Assembly: GCA_031459915.1 (NCBI GenBank)
Contig: JAVKHO010000014.1
Location: forward strand, 16,934-80,933
Direction: 5' to 3'
Length of the DNA: 64,000 bases
Source of the DNA: Candidatus Tepidifontimicrobium thermophilum
Lineage (GTDB): Bacteria > Sysuimicrobiota > Sysuimicrobiia > Sysuimicrobiales > Sysuimicrobiaceae
Of this stretch, positions 58,655 to 64,000 are shown piece after piece. Positions within the stretch are counted from its first letter, which is position 1. Each line of letters starts with the position of its first letter. The notes below the pieces were generated by a model that ran no database searches, had not been told where the DNA came from, and worked only from the letters and a program-made list of their open reading frames with translations. Position numbers and translations under genes: made by a program.

Positions 58655-59944
58655 GTGCAAGGCGAGCTGCGGGGCGTAAGCCCGGACCTGCTGCCCGTAG
58701 AAGGCCCTCCGCCCCACCGCTGGCGCGTCCTGGCCGTGGCCACGGTCCAGCAGGCGGGCCTGACCTTCGTGCGCTTCGGGCTTCCGGCCCTGATGCCCTT
58801 CGTGCGGGCCGACCTGAAGCTTTCCCTGGCCGAAGCGGGGGTCGTGCTGGGCGCCTTCGACCTGGGTGCCCTGCTGGCCTTCTACGCCACCGGAGTGGCC
58901 ACGGAGCGGGCCGGCGAGCGGCGAGTGATGGCACTGGGAGCCCTCGTGACCGGCCTGGTGGCCGCCGTGGGCGCCTTGGCCCCCTCCGCAGGCGTGCTGG
59001 CCGCGCTTCTGGCCCTCGCGGGTGCAGGGTTCCCTTCCAGTCAGGTGGCCGGAAGCCACGCGGTGATGCTCGCCTTCCCTGCCCGGGAGCGGGGGGTGGC
59101 CATGGGCGTTCGGCAGGCGGGCCTGCCGGTTGGAGGGCTGGCGGCTGCTGTGTTGCTGCCGTGGCTCGCTTCCGCGTGGAGCTGGCGGGTGGCCCTGGTG
59201 GCCGCCGGCGGCGGGTGCGCCCTGGCGGGAGCCTTCACCTACGTGGGGCTCGGACAGCTCGAGCGCCCTGCCAGGATCCCCCGCAACCGGTCCGAAGCCC
59301 GGGTGGATCCGTGGCGTGCACCCCTGCAGTTCTTCCGCAGCCCGGCCCTGGTGCTGACCACCCTCACCGCCTGCCTCCTGGCCGCGGGGCAGTTCGGGCT
59401 CACGGGCTACCTGCCCCTGTACTTCGTGGACACCTTCCGCTGGAGGCCGCAGGAGGCCGCCCGGCTGCTGTTGTTCGTGCACCTGGGAGGGATCGCCGGC
59501 CGGATGGCGTGGGGCTGGGTTTCCGACCGGTGGTTCGGGGCCGACCGCGCGCGGCCCATCGCGCTGGCCGCCTGCTGCGCCGCGGGTACGGTGGTGGCGC
59601 TTTCCCTGCTGGCCGGCTGGGATGCGGTACCTGCCCCTGTGGCGGCGTTCCTGGCCCTGCTTTCGGGTTTCACCCTGCTCGGCTGGAACGGGCTGTACGT
59701 GACCCTGCTGTCCGAACTGGCGTGGGGCGCGTCGGCGGTCATGGTGGGGCTCAGCATGACCGTGCTGTACGTGTTCACCATGCTGGCGCCTCCCCTGTTC
59801 GGGTGGACCGTGGAGCGCATGGGAGGCCAGTACACCGGAGCCTGGCTGGGCGTGGTGGCGCTGCAGCTGGCCGCGGCGGCCACCGTTCTGTCCGTCCGGC
59901 GCACCAGGAGCCCGGGAGCCCACGCCCTTGCGCCGGGCGAGTAG
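58655..59944 (+). CDS. MFS transporter
   Basis: About 12 TM helices, ERAGERR, FPARERGVAMG, GWVSDRW. Start uncertain. Confidence 0.88.
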   Translation: MQGELRGVSPDLLPVEGPPPHRWRVLAVATVQQAGLTFVRFGLPALMPFVRADLKLSLAEAGVVLGAFDLGALLAFYATGVATERAGERRVMALGALVTGLVAAVGALAPSAGVLAALLALAGAGFPSSQVAGSHAVMLAFPARERGVAMGVRQAGLPVGGLAAAVLLPWLASAWSWRVALVAAGGGCALAGAFTYVGLGQLERPARIPRNRSEARVDPWRAPLQFFRSPALVLTTLTACLLAAGQFGLTGYLPLYFVDTFRWRPQEAARLLLFVHLGGIAGRMAWGWVSDRWFGADRARPIALAACCAAGTVVALSLLAGWDAVPAPVAAFLALLSGFTLLGWNGLYVTLLSELAWGASAVMVGLSMTVLYVFTMLAPPLFGWTVERMGGQYTGAWLGVVALQLAAAATVLSVRRTRSPGAHALAPGE

Positions 59945-60024
59945 CGGGGGACAGCAGACTCAGCCTGAACCCCGGCTCCGCTGGACCCTCCCGGTGTTAC
60001 AGTGGTCTCGAACGGGAGGTGGCC

Positions 60025-60573
60025 ATGAGCACGGTGGCACGCAAGCCGTGGGTCGGGGAAGAGCTGGTGCGCCTGCCCGAGGGGTGGCGCTACGAGATCG
60101 ACGAGGGGGAGCTGGTCATCATGGCCCCGGCGGGGTTCGAGCACGGTAGGATCCTGTCGCTCGTCGACGCCCTCCTCCGTGCTTTCGTCCAGGCCCACCG
60201 CCTGGGGGAGGTGGTCAGCGGAGACGTGGGGATCTTCCTGGGCCGGGGTCCCGACACCCTGAGGGCTCCGGACGTCGCCTTCTACTCCCGCGAACGGCTC
60301 CAGCAGATCCGTGACCGCACCGGCTTCCCCCAAGTGGCCCCGGACCTGGCAGTGGAGGTCCACGACCCCACAGAGCCGGACCTCACCCGAAAGGTCCACC
60401 AGTACCTGCAGGCGGGGGTCCGTGCCGTCTGGGTGGTGGACCCACAGGTCCGGTCCCTCACCCGCTACGCGCCGGGCGAACAGGCGACGGTTTGGTCGGA
60501 CCCCGCGGACGTTGTGGAAGAACCCGTGCTTCCCGGCTTCCGCTTCCACCTGCGGGAGGTGTTCGGCAACTGA
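60025..60573 (+). CDS. Uma2 family endonuclease-fold protein
   Basis: YEIDEGEL..MAP..H, RAPDVAF, APDLAVEV, YLQAGVRAVWVVDP, VLPGF; GGAGG RBS. Confidence 0.92.
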   Translation: MSTVARKPWVGEELVRLPEGWRYEIDEGELVIMAPAGFEHGRILSLVDALLRAFVQAHRLGEVVSGDVGIFLGRGPDTLRAPDVAFYSRERLQQIRDRTGFPQVAPDLAVEVHDPTEPDLTRKVHQYLQAGVRAVWVVDPQVRSLTRYAPGEQATVWSDPADVVEEPVLPGFRFHLREVFGN

Positions 60574-60605
60574 GGGAGCCGGGCCGCGACGGACAGGCGA
60601 CGGCC

Positions 60606-62231
60606 TTGACCAGGGGCCACTCGGACGCAGGAAAGGACGCCGCGGCGTCCAGCGGGCCCAGCTCCGGGGGTGCGATCCCCCCTGACGGGATCGAGCTGAA
60701 CCCGGAGTTCACAAGGGCGCTGGACCTGTTGGAGCGCACCCGACGGCACGTCCTCGTCACCGGCCGTGCGGGCACGGGGAAGTCCACCCTCCTGCGGTAC
60801 TTCCTCGACCACACTCGCAAGAAGGCGGTGGTGCTGGCGCCCACGGGAGTCGCCGCAGTGAACGTGGGAGGCCAGACCATCCACTCCTTCTTCGGCTTCC
60901 GCCCGAACACCACTCCGGACCAGGTCTCCCGACTCGTTCTCCCGGGCGACCGCGAAAGCGTCTACCGGCAGGTGGAGCTCATCATCATCGACGAGGTCTC
61001 CATGGTGCGGGCCGACCTTCTGGACTGCGTAGACCGGTTCCTCCGGCTCAACGGGCCGCGCCGGAACCGACCCTTCGGAGGAGTCCAGATGGCCTTCTTT
61101 GGGGACCTGTACCAGCTACCGCCCGTGGCGACCGGCCCCGAGCGCAGGGCCCTGGCGCAGCTGTACGAGACCCCGTACTTCTACAGCGCCCGCGCGTTGC
61201 AGGACGTAGAGCTGGAGCTGGTCGAGCTGGAGAAGGTGTACCGCCAGACGGACCCGCTGTTTCTGGAAGTGTTGGGGGCGATCCGCAACGGAACCGTCAC
61301 CCAGGGGCACCTAGAGGTCCTGAACCGCCGCTGCCGTCCGGACTTCGAGCCCGGGCCGCACGAGCTGTACGTCCAGCTCACCACCACCAACCAGCTGGCC
61401 CAGGCGGTGAACCGGGCCCAGCTTTCCAGGCTCCCGGGGCGTCTGTACACCTTCGAGGGGCTCCTGCAGGGCGAGTTCGGAGGGGACCACGCCCCGGCGC
61501 CCCTCCGCCTGCAGCTCAAGGTCGGCGCCCAGGTGATGATGGTGAACAACGACCCCGAGGGCCGGTGGGTCAACGGGACCGTGGGGCGCGTGGTGGAAGT
61601 CCTGGACGACCCCGCGGAACCTGTTGTGGTAGCAGAGTTGGAGGGCGGGACCCAGGTTGAAGTCGCGCCGTACACGTGGGAGCTCTTCACGTTTTACGTG
61701 GAGGGTGGGCAGCTGCGCTCGCGCGTGGTCGGCCGCTACACCCAGCTGCCCATGATGCTCGCGTGGGCTGTGACCATCCACAAAAGCCAGGGCAAGACCT
61801 TCGATCGGGTCGTCATCGACGTGGGGCGCGGAGCGTTCGCGCCCGGGCAGGTCTACGTGGCCCTGAGCCGCTGCCGCACCCTCGAGGGGATCGTCCTGAA
61901 ACGCCCGATCACGGCGAAGCACGTGTGGGTGGACTACCGCATCGTGAAGTTCCTCACGCGGTTCCAGTACTCGAAAGCCGAGCAGTCCCTCCCCCTGGAC
62001 CGGCGCCGGGAGCTCATCCAGCAGGCGGTGGAGCAGGGCCGGGCGCTTCGGATCGTCTACCTCAAGCCGAACGGCGACAAATCCCGCCGGGTGGTCCGGC
62101 CCCTGCAGCTCGGCGAGGTAGAGTACCGTGGCCGGGAGTTCCTGGGCCTGCGCGCCCTCTGCGGGATGCGGGGGGAAGAGCGCACGTTCCGCGTGGACCG
62201 GATCCTCGACATGGAGCTCCTGGAGGAGTGA
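60606..62231 (+). CDS. Pif1-family SF1B helicase with C-terminal WYL domain
   Basis: TGRAGTGKS, APTGVAA..GQTIHSFF, IDEVSM, GDLYQLPPV, YRQ, WAVTIHKSQG, YVALSR; C-terminal IVY..SRR.V.P..ERTFRVDRI. Start uncertain. Confidence 0.92.
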   Translation: MTRGHSDAGKDAAASSGPSSGGAIPPDGIELNPEFTRALDLLERTRRHVLVTGRAGTGKSTLLRYFLDHTRKKAVVLAPTGVAAVNVGGQTIHSFFGFRPNTTPDQVSRLVLPGDRESVYRQVELIIIDEVSMVRADLLDCVDRFLRLNGPRRNRPFGGVQMAFFGDLYQLPPVATGPERRALAQLYETPYFYSARALQDVELELVELEKVYRQTDPLFLEVLGAIRNGTVTQGHLEVLNRRCRPDFEPGPHELYVQLTTTNQLAQAVNRAQLSRLPGRLYTFEGLLQGEFGGDHAPAPLRLQLKVGAQVMMVNNDPEGRWVNGTVGRVVEVLDDPAEPVVVAELEGGTQVEVAPYTWELFTFYVEGGQLRSRVVGRYTQLPMMLAWAVTIHKSQGKTFDRVVIDVGRGAFAPGQVYVALSRCRTLEGIVLKRPITAKHVWVDYRIVKFLTRFQYSKAEQSLPLDRRRELIQQAVEQGRALRIVYLKPNGDKSRRVVRPLQLGEVEYRGREFLGLRALCGMRGEERTFRVDRILDMELLEE

Positions 62232-62304
62232 GCTTCGTCCCGCCGCCGAGCAACGCCCGCGGTGGCGGATCTAACGCGTCAGCTCCTGGTGAGCCAAGGT
62301 CCCG

Positions 62305-62539
62305 TGGGTCCTGTCCCCTGGTTGGCGCCCGGGTCATCTGTCCCTGGGGCTTGTCCCCTGAGGTCCTGTCCACGGGCTCCTTCCCCTGGTTCCCGTCCTC
62401 CGCCTCCCGGGCCCCCTGCGGTCCCAGCGCCGGCACTCAGCCTTGGGCTACCTGTCCCCTGAAGGAGTTCGAGAGGAGGTGGTGGAGCCGGACACGAATC
62501 TCTCAGCGCTACGCTGTTTACGAAAGCGGGACAAGTCCC
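62305..62539. repeat. Cluster of short imperfect (C/T)TGTCCCCTG repeats
   Basis: Copies at 62311, 62338, 62351, 62366, 62380 and 62452, plus the palindrome GGGAC-AA-GTCCC at 62528-62539. Confidence 0.6.
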
Positions 62540-62609
62540 ATTCCTCTCGCTCCCCCGGGCCCGAGCCGCAGGCCCGCTACCCAGGAGATCTGGCCTGGGT
62601 GTCGGCGGT

Positions 62610-63683
62610 TCAGAAGCGGTGGGGGCCCACAGGGGCGAAGACGAGGACGCCTTTTTGAGCTGCCAGCTGGGCCGCGGACGGGTGGATGACGAAACCGAAC
62701 AGCACGGGCAGGGGATGGGCAGGGAGCAGAGGGGAAAGTAGCTGGACTTTTCGCAGCAGAGCTTCTACGTCTCGACCGTAAATGCGGCTGCGGGCTTCTC
62801 CTACGACGACCACCGTCTCCCCGTCGCGTGTCCCTTCCCCGTAGAAGTCCACCTCGACCTCCTCTGCGTCAACGGTGAAGAAACGCTGCTGGAACGAGGG
62901 CACGTGGATGCCGTGGTGCTTTTCGAGGTACACGGGTGCCAGCTCCCGGGCGAGCTCTTCTAGGGTGAAGCCCACGGCGTCGGACAACCTGCCCACCTGG
63001 GTGGCGAGTTCCCCCATGCGCTCGGCCAGCCGGGCCTGGGCCTCAGTGAGGCGTGCGACGGCCTCTTCGAGGCTAGCGACGCGCTGGTCGGTGCGGGCCT
63101 GGGCCTCGGCCAGAGCCTGCAGCTGCTGCTCGGTGCGGGCCTGGGCTTCGGTCAGAGCCTGCACCTGCCGGGCCAGGTCCTGGACGGTCTGGTCGGTACG
63201 GGCCTGGGCCTCAGTGAGGCGTGCGACGGCCTCTTCGAGGCTAGCGACGCGTTGGTCAGTGCCGGCCTGGGCTTCGACTAGGGCGCGCACCACCTGCTCG
63301 GTGCGGGCCTGGGCCTCGGTGAGAGCCTGCAGCTGCTGGTCGGTGCGGGCCTGGGCCCCGGTCAGAGCCTGCAGCTGCTGGTCGGTGCGAGCTTGGGCCT
63401 CGGTCAGCGCCTGCACCTGCCGGGCCAGGTCCTGGACAGTCTGGTCGGTGCGGGCCTGGGCCTCGGCCAGGGCCTGCAGTTCCTGCTGGGTCTGGCGGTG
63501 AGCTTCGGCAAGGGCGCGGAGCTCCCGCTGGGTGGCCCGCTGGGCCTGCACGAGACTGCGGACCAGGCTAGGGAGCTCGAGGAACTCCTCGCCCAGCAGG
63601 CTGGCCCGCAGGGCGTCCTTCCACTGGGGCTGCCGCTCCAGCAGGCGGAGCAAGCCCTGGAAGTCTTTCACGGTGAAGGGCAT
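62610..63683 (-). CDS. Heptad-repeat coiled-coil protein with C-terminal PD-(D/E)XK-like domain
   Basis: N-terminal PQWKDALR..LLGEE.LELP, repeats (Q)ALTEAQARTDQ, G..LE, EVD..G..VGEAR. Confidence 0.8.
   Translation of the reverse strand: MPFTVKDFQGLLRLLERQPQWKDALRASLLGEEFLELPSLVRSLVQAQRATQRELRALAEAHRQTQQELQALAEAQARTDQTVQDLARQVQALTEAQARTDQQLQALTGAQARTDQQLQALTEAQARTEQVVRALVEAQAGTDQRVASLEEAVARLTEAQARTDQTVQDLARQVQALTEAQARTEQQLQALAEAQARTDQRVASLEEAVARLTEAQARLAERMGELATQVGRLSDAVGFTLEELARELAPVYLEKHHGIHVPSFQQRFFTVDAEEVEVDFYGEGTRDGETVVVVGEARSRIYGRDVEALLRKVQLLSPLLPAHPLPVLFGFVIHPSAAQLAAQKGVLVFAPVGPHRF
63031..63480. repeat. Intragenic tandem repeats (21/42-bp units)
   Basis: Near-identical blocks at 63031 and 63199 (168 bp apart) and at 63157 and 63409 (252 bp apart); both spacings are multiples of 21. 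Confidence 0.9.
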
Positions 63684-63877
63684 CTCACGGGCATTGTAGC
63701 GTGTCACCGCCCAGCACGGGAGGACGTCCGGGCCGGCGGGGCGTGCGCAGGGGGAGGGTGCGGCGGCCTGTTCTCGGTCAAGACCCGAGGCCAAGGGCCG
63801 GTGGGGTTCTCTGCGGCTGGCCCGACCCTTGGCCTCGGCGTGCTCCTGGACGACGGCCTAGCTAGCGAGACCCGGAG

Positions 63878-64000
63878 TCAGGCCGTTCCGCGGTGCTCCG
63901 CCGGAGCTTGTTCCAGCGCCACGGCTACTCGTCCGGCCAACCGCGCGTTGGACCGCAGCAGCGCCACGTTGGCCTCCAGGGACCGGCCCGCGGTCAGGTC
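63878..64000 (-). CDS. psuG: 3' end of pseudouridine-5'-phosphate glycosidase (partial)
   Basis: DLTAGRSLEANVALLRSNARLAGRVAVAL matches the PsuG C-terminal motif T.G.SL.AN..L...NA.LA.. Confidence 0.75.
   Translation of the reverse strand, partial: DLTAGRSLEANVALLRSNARLAGRVAVALEQAPAEHRGTA

Noticed and set aside
62305..62461. DnaA-box cluster / oriC
   Set aside because: Only about 6/9 matches to TTATCCACA, no AT-rich unwinding element or dnaA, and a dif site lies in the same window.
63031..63480. Possible CRISPR array
   Set aside because: The repeats are in-frame coding heptads with no unique spacers, and no cas genes are present.

Overview
High-GC bacterial chromosome segment, densely coding, with no CRISPR array, integrase, transposase or prophage gene that I can see. 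CIRCE, a Cheo-type LexA box and GlpP point to a Terrabacteria lineage (inference). A XerCD dif-like site at 3389-3416 suggests the replication terminus. Left to right: a GT4/(alpha/alpha)6/GH130 glycan cluster; a ~13 kb GlpP-controlled glycerol-phosphate operon (Afu/Fbp-type ABC, HAD phosphatase, UgpBAE, GDPD, glpK, glpD) with a terminator leader; maeB; an atypical EF-P paralogue with Gln at the loop tip; a peptide-type ABC plus creatininase-family gene; SCP2 plus TPP lyase; ggt; a NodIJ-like ABC; two distant paralogous orphan pilins; a ~7 kb copper/cytochrome maturation operon (SCO, PCuAC, VKOR-Trx, three CopC domains, CopD, c-type cytochromes) led by a His-rich ORF ending in PPPR that resembles CutF/CruR arrest-peptide copper sensors; rplM-rpsI; CIRCE-groEL without groES; a LexA-boxed imuA-imuB-dnaE2 cassette; an F420:NADP oxidoreductase; tRNA-His; lhgO; Uma2; a Pif1-WYL helicase; a CTGTCCCC repeat cluster; a heptad-repeat PD-(D/E)XK protein; and the 3' end of psuG. 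The most promising novel elements are the His-type CutF-like leader with its copper operon, the atypical EF-P, and the possible glycerol-phosphate isomer salvage operon. All calls come from reading motifs by eye; no searches were run, and several start codons are my best estimate.
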